DNA of 64,000 nt from a virus (Duplodnaviria; Caudoviricetes), in the IMG/VR virus record IMGVR_UViG_3300049012_000071, positions 1 through 64,000 of that record; one strand, 5' to 3'. Numbering within the stretch: position 1 is the first letter of the stretch; the number at the start of each line of letters is the position of its first letter. The position numbers were made by a program, and so were the translations under genes. The notes beneath the pieces are model-generated. The model made no database searches. It was not told the origin of the DNA and saw only the letters and a list, made by a program, of their open reading frames with translations. Below, in pieces: positions 1 through 8,729 of the stretch.

Positions 1-209
1 ATCTGGTCAGCGCCGCCCCAGCGCCTCGCCGTTTAGGACGTGAGGCCCGCGGCTATCGGGTAGGAGAGTTCCCACTCTTCTCGTGCTCCTCCCGTATCAG
101 AAGGTCGTCCGGGTCCGGATCTTCCCCGCAGCGGTACGCTTCCACGATCCGCTTCTCCACGCATTCCCATTGTTTGCGATCGTTCATATGTCCTCCATGC
201 GGTCAAAAT

Positions 210-791
210 TCAGTCACCCCAGCCGATGGTCCCGCTGATCTGTGGGTCCAACGTGATGCCGTAGCGCGCGAGCCCCGAGAAGCCAGCATTCATCGGCGAG
301 TCCACGTGGCGCACTCCAAGAGACGCCCTGAGCGACACGCCTCGCGTGGGCTCGTAGGCGATGCCAGGAGCTACGCGGACCTGCGTCCCCCACACCCGAG
401 CGGGCCACCCCCAGTTGGTCACCATCGGCCACTGACCGTAGTCAAGGCCGACCATCGCCGTCCCGTACAAGCCCCACGCGTCAGGCACGGTCGGCAACGG
501 GAAGGTAGCGCCCACCTCTGGGCCTGCCAGAACCGCCATCCAGTACCATGACGAAAAATTGAACGCCGTGACGCGGGCGCCAGCGACGATGCTCAGGTGC
601 CCGCTGCCTCTGGCAATCGGACCGTGCACGAACAGTTGTGGCGCTGGTCCTCCGGTAGGCCGTTCGTCGCCCACGATGAGATAGGACAAGCCTGCTCCGG
701 CGGTCCACTTCGTAGGCTTCTCCTGCTGGGCCATCGCGGACGTCGTCGCCGTGAGCATCACGATCGCGCCGAGTGCAGCAACGAACTTCAT
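210..791 (-). CDS. Secreted protein, possible small outer-membrane beta-barrel
   Basis: Signal peptide (MKFVAALGAIVMLTATTSAMA) followed by alternating Gly/aromatic strand-like segments; overlaps the stop of the upstream gene. Confidence 0.6.
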   Translation of the reverse strand: MKFVAALGAIVMLTATTSAMAQQEKPTKWTAGAGLSYLIVGDERPTGGPAPQLFVHGPIARGSGHLSIVAGARVTAFNFSSWYWMAVLAGPEVGATFPLPTVPDAWGLYGTAMVGLDYGQWPMVTNWGWPARVWGTQVRVAPGIAYEPTRGVSLRASLGVRHVDSPMNAGFSGLARYGITLDPQISGTIGWGD

Positions 792-1471
792 CGGTCACCC
801 CCGTGATCGGGCGGCGCCGGCTCCTGCCACGTGCCTGGATCCGTAGGGTCGTCTGGGCATCCGTCGATCTCCAGAGGACACAGGACCCCCATGCGCCCCA
901 GCAAGCCGACTGCGGCGAGTATGGCCTGGATCTCAGGCGGCGGCGGCTCGTGCAGCCCGAGGATGACCCGGATAACGTCGCTCAGGTCGTGCTCGCTTTC
1001 GTCGTAGTACGGGTCTTCTTCCGGATGAAAGCTCGGCGTCCATTTTATGTCCTCGTAGTCGCGGCCACATGTTGGGTGCTCGCCGGTCGGGTTGGCCGAC
1101 TTGAATTCGACGAGGCGCTCGCGTATGAAATCACTCGCGCATGTGAAGTATGTATTGGTCGAGCTTTTTAGCAGACAGTCGAGCATGTCCTCGACAAGGA
1201 AGTCGTACTTGACCTCCGGTTTCTTGTCGTCCTCGTCGGCGAAGCACTCAACCGTGCCGATCTTGAGCGTCTGCCGCTTCCCGGACAAGCGACCCTGCGC
1301 AAATCGGTTCGCAGCGAATCGCTTCAGCCGATCCATTTGGTCGTCGGATAGGCTGACAGCCATCCGCGTTCCTTGCTCCCGCAGCGTGTCGTCGTCCAGC
1401 ATAGAACATCCGGCGAACACGAACACGAGCCCGAGCGCCGACGGTAGCAGTAGTGATAACGATCTTCGCAA
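788..1471 (-). CDS. Putative lipoprotein
   Basis: Hydrophobic leader ending in lipobox FAGC; GGAGGA RBS upstream. Confidence 0.65.
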   Translation of the reverse strand: MRRSLSLLLPSALGLVFVFAGCSMLDDDTLREQGTRMAVSLSDDQMDRLKRFAANRFAQGRLSGKRQTLKIGTVECFADEDDKKPEVKYDFLVEDMLDCLLKSSTNTYFTCASDFIRERLVEFKSANPTGEHPTCGRDYEDIKWTPSFHPEEDPYYDESEHDLSDVIRVILGLHEPPPPEIQAILAAVGLLGRMGVLCPLEIDGCPDDPTDPGTWQEPAPPDHGGDR

Positions 1472-1679
1472 CGTTCCTCCTCTCCCGCACCATCGCGGGC
1501 GCCCGACCCCGCGCGCAGGGGCAGGCGTCCACGGTGCCGCCGCGGTCGCTGCGACGGCACAAACAAGAATCGGACCAAGTCCGCTCGATCTGATTTCGCG
1601 CGGTTATCGGCGATGCCGTGAGACGACTCGGTCACTCTTGGCCGAGACCAGGTCAGATCTGGCCTGTTGCCGACCCCGC

Positions 1680-1889
1680 TCACTCCGCGACGACTTCCTC
1701 CCTGCCGAACTCCTCCACGCGCCCCGCCACGCAGACCCGCGTCCGCCCGTCGCTCGCACGCCCGACCAGCTCGCACGGGATCTCGACGACCTGCCCGCGG
1801 CACCGCGCCAGGACCAGCCCGTCGCGCTCGACCCGCAGGCCCTGCGCCAGCCACGTCGCCTCCAGCACATCGACGCTCCTCACCAGCAT
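1680..1889 (-). CDS. Small hypothetical protein
   Basis: ATG at 1889 (MLVRSVDV) with GGAGGGG RBS. Confidence 0.5.
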   Translation of the reverse strand: MLVRSVDVLEATWLAQGLRVERDGLVLARCRGQVVEIPCELVGRASDGRTRVCVAGRVEEFGREEVVAE

Positions 1890-1966
1890 CAGCCCCTCCG
1901 ACGCGGCGAGCCCAGTCTGGCATGGCCAGCCGAGTTGCGGCGGGATGGGATGTGGCGGCGCGAACG

Positions 1967-2317
1967 TCAGGCGGTGGAGGTCCGCTGCCGGGCCTCCCGC
2001 GCCTCGCGGCGGCACCGGCGCGCCGTGACCAGACAGGCCGTGAAGAGGAGCCGATCGTGCCGGTACCACCGCGCCTCACGCAGCACCTTGCGCGCCCGCT
2101 CGTAGAGCTCGGCGATGAGGGCTGCGCGTCGCCGTGCCCTGGCGCGCTCCCTGGCGTCGATGGCGATGAGCGCGAGATCGAGCGCCCACATCCTGAGGGC
2201 GGTCGCCTCCTCGCGTCGCCCATAGCTTTCGCGCTCCTCGGCGAGACGGATCGCGCGCCGTGCATCCGCGGCGTTGTGGCGAGCACGCATGTAGTAGTCG
2301 CTGATGGTGGTCGTCAT
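1967..2317 (-). CDS. Arg/Ala-rich hypothetical protein
   Basis: ATG at 2317 with GGAGGG RBS. Confidence 0.6.
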   Translation of the reverse strand: MTTTISDYYMRARHNAADARRAIRLAEERESYGRREEATALRMWALDLALIAIDARERARARRRAALIAELYERARKVLREARWYRHDRLLFTACLVTARRCRREAREARQRTSTA

Positions 2318-2386
2318 GGGTCCCTCCACGGCCGAAGGCCCGCCGGGCCGGAGCTGGGCGGGCTGCTGAACGACCGCGGCCTCGGT

Positions 2387-2812
2387 TCACTGCTCGTCGA
2401 GGATGTGGCGCGAGGCGTCCTCCGGGCAAAGCGACCACGTGACGCGCGATCCGGGGAAGGTGAACGCCCCGCCGGCGCCGCGGTGCACACGCACGCCGCG
2501 CACAGTGAATTCGCCGCTCGGGAGCTTGCACAGCTCGGTCGCGAGCGCGCCGACATCGTTGGCGCTGCTCGGCGCCTTCGGGATCTCGACCACCACGTGC
2601 CGGATCACGCGGTACTCGATCCGCCCCTTGCTCGCCTTCGCGTTGATCGCCTCCACCCACCCGAGCGCATCCCGCTCGGACGAGAACGGGAGATCGTTCT
2701 CGATCATGCCGTTCAGGATGTGGCCGGGCATGAACTCCTGCACGTAGACGAGCAGGTGGGAGTACGGGGTCTTACGCGAAACGTGCTTCTCGATCCGCCC
2801 GGAGATATCCAT
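2387..2812 (-). CDS. Hypothetical protein, first gene after the leftward promoter
   Basis: GGAGGAGG RBS; protein-like composition (MDISGRIEKH...). Confidence 0.7.
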   Translation of the reverse strand: MDISGRIEKHVSRKTPYSHLLVYVQEFMPGHILNGMIENDLPFSSERDALGWVEAINAKASKGRIEYRVIRHVVVEIPKAPSSANDVGALATELCKLPSGEFTVRGVRVHRGAGGAFTFPGSRVTWSLCPEDASRHILDEQ

Positions 2813-2854
2813 CCGCACATCCTCCTCCGCGGCACCGCGCCGCTCACACCAGAG

Positions 2855-2883
2855 ACTTTGGCCACAACATGGCCAAACGTCAA
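2855..2883 (-). promoter_or_regulatory. Leftward sigma70-type promoter with palindromic operator O1
   Basis: Minus strand TTGACG-17bp-CAAAGT; palindrome TTTGGCCA-N5-TGGCCAAA in the spacer. Confidence 0.65.
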
Positions 2884-2934
2884 GCTGGCCAGTGCGCTTT
2901 TCTTCGAGTCGACCGGTCGTCGGTGGCACGGGAC

Positions 2935-2963
2935 TTGACTTCGGCCACGGCGTGGCCAAGTCT
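2935..2963 (+). promoter_or_regulatory. Promoter/operator O2 upstream of the RHH gene
   Basis: TTGACT-17bp-AAGTCT containing TTCGGCCA-N5-TGGCCAAG. Confidence 0.6.
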
Positions 2964-2970
2964 CAGCCGG

Positions 2971-3324
2971 GTGACGCAGCAGAAGACGAAGGCCCCCAAG
3001 ATGGGACGGCCGCCCGAGCCGATCCCGAGCGACGCCAGCAAGGCCCGCGTGCGCTTCCGTGTCCCGTCGCGCGTCCTGAGTCGGTTGGACGACATGGCGG
3101 CGGACGCATACCGAAAGCGGCCGGCCGAGGTGCTTGAGGCCCTGCGCGCGTACTTGGCACCCAAGAAGCTGCCGCCAGCGCCAGAGGCGCATGAGGATGG
3201 GGAGGAAGTGCGGGTCCAGCTCCCGGCCGCCCCCGTGCGAGAGCTCGACAGCCGCTCCTCTCCCGAGGAGCGAGACGCGCGTATCGCGGATGCCGTGGTG
3301 CGCTGGACGCAGACGAAGCGGTAG
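2971..3324 (+). CDS. Ribbon-helix-helix DNA-binding regulator, probably tandem RHH
   Basis: GRPP motif, then RVRFRVPSRVLSRLDDMA...EVLEALRAYL, and a second EVRVQLPAAPVRELD...RIADAVVRW unit. Confidence 0.65.
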   Translation: MTQQKTKAPKMGRPPEPIPSDASKARVRFRVPSRVLSRLDDMAADAYRKRPAEVLEALRAYLAPKKLPPAPEAHEDGEEVRVQLPAAPVRELDSRSSPEERDARIADAVVRWTQTKR

Positions 3325-3358
3325 ACGGTGTCTCACGGAAGAAAGTGGTGTGGTCCGG

Positions 3359-3386
3359 TTGACTTTGTCCATTACGTGGCCAAAGT
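3359..3386 (+). promoter_or_regulatory. Promoter/operator O3 for the rightward small-gene operon
   Basis: TTGACT-16bp-CAAAGT containing TTTGTCCA-N5-TGGCCAAA; ATG at 3393. Confidence 0.65.
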
Positions 3387-3392
3387 AGAGGC

Positions 3393-3752
3393 ATGCCCCG
3401 TCGCCCCGCATCCCAGGACTGGCTCGGCACCCCGGAGCAGGCTCTCAAGCTGCTTCGCGTCGAGTACAGCTACCTCCTCGCCGCGCCGGCTGCTCGCCTC
3501 TGTGGCCGGCCGATCTGCCGCCATATCGCCCATGTTCGCGCGCTGCGGTCGATCCCGGGCAGCTACGCCCGCCGGCTCGGCGTCCTCTGCGCGGCGGCTC
3601 CGGCGGAGAAGCGCGCGGCGATCAAGGCGGCGTTCTCGGAGCTGCTCCCCGCCGCCACGCCGCCACCATGCGCGGCGTGGCGGATGGCACGGAGTACGCC
3701 TTCGAGGTCACCGTCTCTGGCGCCGATGGCTTCTACCCGGCCGACCAGGTGA
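3393..3752 (+). CDS. Hypothetical protein
   Basis: ATG directly after the O3 promoter; the 3' end overlaps the next ORF. Confidence 0.5.
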   Translation: MPRRPASQDWLGTPEQALKLLRVEYSYLLAAPAARLCGRPICRHIAHVRALRSIPGSYARRLGVLCAAAPAEKRAAIKAAFSELLPAATPPPCAAWRMARSTPSRSPSLAPMASTRPTR

Positions 3753-3910
3753 TCCTCGACTCGGCGGGCGGCGACGGCGTGCGCCGGCTCGCCTACTGCC
3801 GCCGCGTCCCCGCTGACCGGCAGGGCGCCGAGGAGCTCCGGGAGCAGCTGGAGCGCGAGGCGTGGGACGCGGGCGCGGAGCACGTCGACGTGCGCGTGAG
3901 GGCGGCGTGA
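3668..3910 (+). CDS. Small acidic hypothetical protein
   Basis: Protein-like composition (TEYAFEVTV...EHVDVRVRAA). Confidence 0.5.
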   Translation: MRGVADGTEYAFEVTVSGADGFYPADQVILDSAGGDGVRRLAYCRRVPADRQGAEELREQLEREAWDAGAEHVDVRVRAA

Positions 3911-3928
3911 GCCGCGGAGGGGACTCGA

Positions 3929-4120
3929 ATGCCCAGGAATCAGCCGAAGAGCAAGGCCGACCGAATCGCTCACGCCGAAGCCGAGGCCGCTAGGCACCTC
4001 GGCAACTACAACGAGGAGATCGCGCGCGGAGCAGTCAAGACGGCCGAGAGGAGCCTTGACAAGGCACAACGCTGGCTGGACAAGGCCAACGACCTGCGGG
4101 GCTGGGGCGAAGGCCGATGA
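3929..4120 (+). CDS. Small hypothetical protein
   Basis: GGAGGGG RBS; ATGA overlap with the next gene. Confidence 0.65.
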   Translation: MPRNQPKSKADRIAHAEAEAARHLGNYNEEIARGAVKTAERSLDKAQRWLDKANDLRGWGEGR

Positions 4121-4335
4121 GCGCCGCCCCTGCCCTTGCCGCCGCCCGCCGCTGCATCGCTGGTGCCATGCGTGACCCCGGCGCCGCAGCCGGCCTGCTG
4201 GGCAGGGCCATCGACTACATCAACGCCGCGCTGCTCAGCGTGACGCCGAAGACGCCGGCCGCTGCGCGCGCGGCCATCCAGGCGGAAGCCGACGAGCTGT
4301 CCACGTACATCCAGTGCTTCGAGGAGGGGACATGA
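4117..4335 (+). CDS. Small hypothetical protein
   Basis: Coupled on both sides by ATGA overlaps. Confidence 0.6.
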   Translation: MSAAPALAAARRCIAGAMRDPGAAAGLLGRAIDYINAALLSVTPKTPAAARAAIQAEADELSTYIQCFEEGT

Positions 4336-4757
4336 ACACCGCAGAAACCGAGTCCAGAGCCTGGGCGCTCCTGGCGCAGATCGCCGAGCACGTCCGCTTC
4401 TACCGGCCGCACCTGTACGCCTTCGTCTGGTCGCGCGACGCCGCCGACAGGACCGTGCCAGAGCACCTCCGCCTCATGGGCTGGGAGCTGGCCTGGCTCG
4501 CGGCGTCCGAGAGCGACGAGTTTGTCGAGCTCGTCCAGCGCGCGCTCGCGTGGGCGTGCTCCGGCGACGGCTACGCGACGCGGGAGATCGTTGGGCGCTT
4601 CCGCGGCGCCGTCCGGATGGCGCGCGTCGTGACAGCGAGGCACCCGGAGGAGAGCCGGCCGCACATCCTCATCGGCATCATGGAGCGGTGTCACGCGACG
4701 GCGGGGAGGCGGTCGGTGACGCGGATGACCAGAGAGGTGGCGGCGGAAGCGTGTTAG
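4332..4757 (+). CDS. Hypothetical protein
   Basis: GAGGAGG RBS; coupled start. Confidence 0.65.
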   Translation: MNTAETESRAWALLAQIAEHVRFYRPHLYAFVWSRDAADRTVPEHLRLMGWELAWLAASESDEFVELVQRALAWACSGDGYATREIVGRFRGAVRMARVVTARHPEESRPHILIGIMERCHATAGRRSVTRMTREVAAEAC

Positions 4758-4846
4758 TCGGTGGACGAGACGCAGAGTCTGTGGCAGACCACGTATCCGC
4801 GCCGGCCCGTTCGCGGCGCGAACAACTCAAGAACTTCGGAGGCGAC

Positions 4847-5566
4847 GTGAGCGGAACCGACGAGACCATCATCTATTCGCCGAGCGAATCCGAGCTGGCG
4901 TACTTTGCCGAGGAGGCTCGCAAGGACGAGGAGCGGCGCCAGCACGAAGCGGAGGGGCTACGGAAGCTCGCGGCCCGTTTCGCGGCTGACCCGAGCGCCG
5001 CCGGGCGCTGCGCCCGCATCCTCGCGAGGCTCGCCTCGGACTCGTCGTCCTACTGGGACGCGCGTGATGTCGTGCGAGAGCGGCAAGTGCGCCACATGGG
5101 CACGTTCGACGAGTCCACCACGGATGGTGACCTTGAGGCGATGTGCGGGGCCGGGCTCCTCGAGGCGGAGGAGCGCAACGACGGAGACGAAGACGCGCCG
5201 CCGACGACGTTCTGGGGCGCCTACGCCGTGCGCAGAGACGATCTCGAGGAGATGCTGATGCTCGGGACCGAGCGCTGGCTGGCGCAGAAGATCGCCGCGG
5301 CGTCCCGGGAGCCTGCCGCCGAGGCACCTGCGCCGGGCGCCATGCGGCCCGAGACGCGGCGGCGCATCGAGGAGGCGGTGCGGATCGCGCCGGTCCTGAC
5401 GGGGACTCGTCCTGCCGCGACGTACATCGAGCGGGCCGAGGACGCACTCTTCCTCGCGCGCAGCCCGCGGGCCGCTCCGGAACAGGCCGCCGAGTTCGTC
5501 GCAAACGCCATCGCCTACCTCGTGCGCCGGCTGGAGCTCGAGGCGCCGAAGGATGAGCCGAGATGA
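4847..5566 (+). CDS. Hypothetical protein
   Basis: GTG start with GGAGG RBS; coupled to the next gene. Confidence 0.6.
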   Translation: MSGTDETIIYSPSESELAYFAEEARKDEERRQHEAEGLRKLAARFAADPSAAGRCARILARLASDSSSYWDARDVVRERQVRHMGTFDESTTDGDLEAMCGAGLLEAEERNDGDEDAPPTTFWGAYAVRRDDLEEMLMLGTERWLAQKIAAASREPAAEAPAPGAMRPETRRRIEEAVRIAPVLTGTRPAATYIERAEDALFLARSPRAAPEQAAEFVANAIAYLVRRLELEAPKDEPR

Positions 5567-5760
5567 ACAAGCGATTCAGCAAGGCGACGGTGCTGGAGTA
5601 CATCGAGCAGCGCGCGACCAAACTTCAAATGGAGCACCGACTCGACCCGCACAACGGATGGGCACAGGTCGAGTACCGTGACACGGAAGCCGCCGTGGCC
5701 TATGGCGAGTTCCGCGGGCTGCTCGATCTGCGTGACGCCATCGAGGAGGGCGACCTGTGA
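5563..5760 (+). CDS. Small hypothetical protein
   Basis: ATGA/GTGA coupling. Confidence 0.65.
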   Translation: MNKRFSKATVLEYIEQRATKLQMEHRLDPHNGWAQVEYRDTEAAVAYGEFRGLLDLRDAIEEGDL

Positions 5761-6101
5761 CCATCTCCCCCTCCAAACTCGCCGCCGCCCGCCTCGCTGC
5801 CGCGGAGGTCTTCATCACCGATGGACTCCAGGGGACGAACTGGACGAATCCTGATGGACTGAGAGCCCTTGCCGAGGTGGCCGGCTTCTCGGTCTGGTAT
5901 CGGCTGGACGAAGCTGCCGGCGCGTGGGTCGACGTCCGGGAGCGAGAAGATGGCCTGCGCGTGAGCGTGACGGTTCGTGGATTTCGAGACCTGGCTGTCC
6001 ACCGAGCCATCGAGGCGGCGGCCGTTGTCGCCAAGGCGGCAGAGATCGCCCGCAAGGTCGAGGCAGCCATCGCGAAGGTGGCGGAGGCGGCCGCCCCGTG
6101 A
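5757..6101 (+). CDS. Hypothetical protein
   Basis: GTGA coupling. Confidence 0.6.
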   Translation: MTISPSKLAAARLAAAEVFITDGLQGTNWTNPDGLRALAEVAGFSVWYRLDEAAGAWVDVREREDGLRVSVTVRGFRDLAVHRAIEAAAVVAKAAEIARKVEAAIAKVAEAAAP

Positions 6102-6418
6102 CCACCTTCCGTCTTGCCTCGCACCGGCGCCTCGTTGCCGACCCTCGCCGCGGGCGGCTGCTGCTCCAGGCGGCCTACGTGGCGACGGCGGACGCCGATG
6201 CGATCTGGGACCAATACGCGTGGCCGCCGGTGTCGTTCGAGTCGCTCTCGGAGGAACAGCGCGCCGAGATCGACCGGTTGCGGGCGCTGTCGGACGAGCT
6301 CGCTGCGGACGCTGCCCGGCTCGGGGTGCGCGGCGGCATCCGGGAGGCGTTCGGCGAGGTGTTTGCGGCGGCGGCGAAGATGGATGTGCGGGAGCAGAGG
6401 GAGGAGCGAGCGGCATGA
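6098..6418 (+). CDS. Hypothetical protein
   Basis: GTGA/ATGA coupling. Confidence 0.6.
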   Translation: MTTFRLASHRRLVADPRRGRLLLQAAYVATADADAIWDQYAWPPVSFESLSEEQRAEIDRLRALSDELAADAARLGVRGGIREAFGEVFAAAAKMDVREQREERAA

Positions 6419-6726
6419 GGAGGAAAGCGGGGCAGGAGCAGAAGGTGGCCGAGGCTAAGCCCACCACGTTCTCGACGTGGCTCGACTTTGCCAACGTGGG
6501 GCAGGTGTGCATCGAGGTGCACGAGCGCGACGGCGTGAGGGTGACCGTGGAGCGAACCGATGGCGGGTTCGAGTCCCGGAGCCTCGGGGAGGAGAAGAAC
6601 CGCGAGCTCCACCGCGCCCTCTCCGCCTACATGGAGCCGCGCGAGAAGGCGCGCCTCCAAGCCGAGGCGCTGGCGAAGCTCTCGCCGGCGGAGCGGTGGG
6701 CGCTCGGGCTGGAGGAACGACGATGA
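6415..6726 (+). CDS. Hypothetical protein
   Basis: Coupled; ends in a common phage motif ALAKLSPAERWALGL. Confidence 0.6.
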   Translation: MRRKAGQEQKVAEAKPTTFSTWLDFANVGQVCIEVHERDGVRVTVERTDGGFESRSLGEEKNRELHRALSAYMEPREKARLQAEALAKLSPAERWALGLEERR

Positions 6727-7022
6727 CCAAGCTCACGCCCCTCATCCCCGCCATGGCCGCGCACCCGGTCATGGCTGCCGCTGCGCAGCGGGCGCAGGCG
6801 CGCGAGGAGACCATCGCCAGGATCGCGCTCCTCGTGGGCGACCGCGGAGAGGCGCAACGCGCGGTGGAGCTGGCAGAGCGCGTCGGCTTCGACGCCAGCG
6901 CCATTTACAACATCGCCGCGCGCGGGGAGCCGCTGCCGAAGACGGAGGACGAGCTCCGGGCCACGGGCGAGGTCGGGCGCCGACGGGCCGAGGACCTCGC
7001 CAGGATCCTGGGGCTCCTGTGA
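6723..7022 (+). CDS. Hypothetical protein
   Basis: ATGA coupling. Confidence 0.6.
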   Translation: MTKLTPLIPAMAAHPVMAAAAQRAQAREETIARIALLVGDRGEAQRAVELAERVGFDASAIYNIAARGEPLPKTEDELRATGEVGRRRAEDLARILGLL

Positions 7023-7336
7023 ACCAGGACCAGCGCGCCGCCCTCCTCTCCGCCCTCGCGACCCGCGTCGCGTGCACGGTCTGCCACCACGAGGCCGGAC
7101 GCGACCGCCACCACGGCAACCACCGGCTCGACATGCACCACGCGCCGGTCCTCGGTTCGGTGCCGCTCAGCGGCGGCTACGGCTCTACGCTGGAGTGGTG
7201 GTACGCGCGCGACGCGGTGTCCTGGTACGCCTGGTTCAGGCACCCGGACGGCCGCGAGGAGGTGCTGCGCCGCTGGCCGGACGGGCGGAGCGAAGCGGTG
7301 ACGCTGGAAGCGGCGCGGGGCGGAGGCAATCCATGA
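7019..7336 (+). CDS. His/Cys-rich hypothetical protein
   Basis: GTGA coupling; CTVCHH...HH...HH. Confidence 0.55.
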   Translation: MNQDQRAALLSALATRVACTVCHHEAGRDRHHGNHRLDMHHAPVLGSVPLSGGYGSTLEWWYARDAVSWYAWFRHPDGREEVLRRWPDGRSEAVTLEAARGGGNP

Positions 7337-7614
7337 CGTGTTCGTGTTGCGAGGCGAGTGTCCACGATTGGAAGGCGAGCAACTGGGTAGAGGAGGCGCT
7401 CCGCCAGCGCGGCGCCTGCGAGGAGTGCGGGCGCGAGGTGGCCAAGAGCGTCCTGGAACTCGTGCGCCAACGCGACGCCATGATCGAAGAAGGCGTCCAC
7501 CCGACGATCGCGCATCACGCCACCGTTGGCACGGCGCGGACACGGTACATGGACGCAGCCAAGGCGTACGAGGCTGTACGGCGCGGAGTGAAGACCGGGA
7601 GCGCGGCAAACTGA
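7333..7614 (+). CDS. Small Zn-finger protein
   Basis: CSCC...CEEC; ATGA coupling. Confidence 0.55.
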   Translation: MTCSCCEASVHDWKASNWVEEALRQRGACEECGREVAKSVLELVRQRDAMIEEGVHPTIAHHATVGTARTRYMDAAKAYEAVRRGVKTGSAAN

Positions 7615-7778
7615 CCGGCGATCGACGCTAGCGCAGCGGCGCGGAACGACGCGACCAACAACGGCGGGATCGGCCATGTCTGTGGATGATTCCGTAGAGG
7701 TAACGGCTGGTTAGCGACGCGACCAAGGATTCGCTCGGTGCCACGCAACCCGCCCCGCGCCCGCGTCGACATCCAGGC

Positions 7779-7982
7779 ATGCGCGACCTATCCCACGACG
7801 ACCTGGAAGACCTTGCTGCCCTCGCTGACGCCGCCCTTGACGAGCCCGTCGAGACGCTCGTGGTGCCGCATCCCGCTGCGCCCGGCGTGCTGCTCGAGGT
7901 GACCGTCGACGGCGGCGGGATCCTCGCGGCTACGTGGCGCCTCGGGGACGCGTGGCGGGCGGCCGAAGTGGGGGAGGGGTAG
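7779..7982 (+). CDS. Small acidic hypothetical protein
   Basis: 67-aa ORF ending at a hairpin. Confidence 0.5.
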   Translation: MRDLSHDDLEDLAALADAALDEPVETLVVPHPAAPGVLLEVTVDGGGILAATWRLGDAWRAAEVGEG

Positions 7983-7984
7983 GG

Positions 7985-8011
7985 CAGTTGTTGCGGGATG
8001 CGCAATAACTG
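7985..8011. terminator. Hairpin between convergent genes
   Basis: CAGTTGTTGCG-GGATG-CGCAATAACTG, an 11-bp stem with one G-U pair; no U-tract. Confidence 0.5.
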
Positions 8012-8013
8012 GG

Positions 8014-8283
8014 CTACCGCCGCAGCGCGGCGAGAGCTCGCTTCGCGTCGGCTATCCGACTCGCGAGGGCGACCCCGTTCTTGCCGCAGATCGCGGCATG
8101 CGCGAGCGCCGCGTTGACCTCCGCCTTGCCGAGGGCGGAGGCGACCTCGCGCATGGGGATGGAGGCAAGAACCCTCGCGTCGCCCATGGGAGTCGCGCTG
8201 AACGCGCGGTCGACAGCGCCCATGACGCTGTTGTTGTACTGAATTTCGTGAATTTTCATGGCCTCGTCTAGCGTAATCGCCAT
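8014..8283 (-). CDS. Stand-alone hypothetical protein
   Basis: CAGGAG RBS; AT-richer upstream region. Confidence 0.6.
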   Translation of the reverse strand: MAITLDEAMKIHEIQYNNSVMGAVDRAFSATPMGDARVLASIPMREVASALGKAEVNAALAHAAICGKNGVALASRIADAKRALAALRR

Positions 8284-8540
8284 CGCATACTCCTGTTGAA
8301 TACAACCAGCGTCGTCGCGCTCAACCGCTGCGCGCAATCAATGATCTTCACTCCCCTAAAAACCTGGGATCGTGCAACTGCTAAATGCACAAACGCGATC
8401 CGTGCGCCTCCCGTGCGCGCCAGCAGCTGCGAGGTCAAGTGGCTATCGGACTGGTCACTGAACCGCCGCTCACCACCCCATCCCGATCTGCCGCGGCTCG
8501 GGCTGCCGTCGCGCCGTGGGCACCAGCCTTTCTGGCGGCC

Positions 8541-8729
8541 CTACCTACTCCCGCGCTCCAGCATCACCCGGGCGTCTGCCTCGGCCTCCTCGCGGCTCTT
8601 GTAGAACTCGATCCACGCCGAGCGCGGCGCCGAGCTGTGGACGCACCACGGGTAGCCCGGCACTCCGTCGATGGGCTCGACGAGGAGGTGGCCGACGCTG
8701 GCGCCGGCGAACAGGACGAGCTGCGTCAC
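8541..8729 (-). CDS. Small hypothetical protein, last gene of the leftward operon
   Basis: Coupled GTG start. Confidence 0.5.
   Translation of the reverse strand: MTQLVLFAGASVGHLLVEPIDGVPGYPWCVHSSAPRSAWIEFYKSREEAEADARVMLERGSR

Noticed and set aside
53-187. 44-aa minus-strand ORF with GGAGGA RBS
   Set aside because: Plausible but too short to support or assign.
7647-7726. 12-bp direct repeat CGACGCGACCAA x2 as a mini-CRISPR or att site
   Set aside because: Only two short copies; no cas genes or supporting context.
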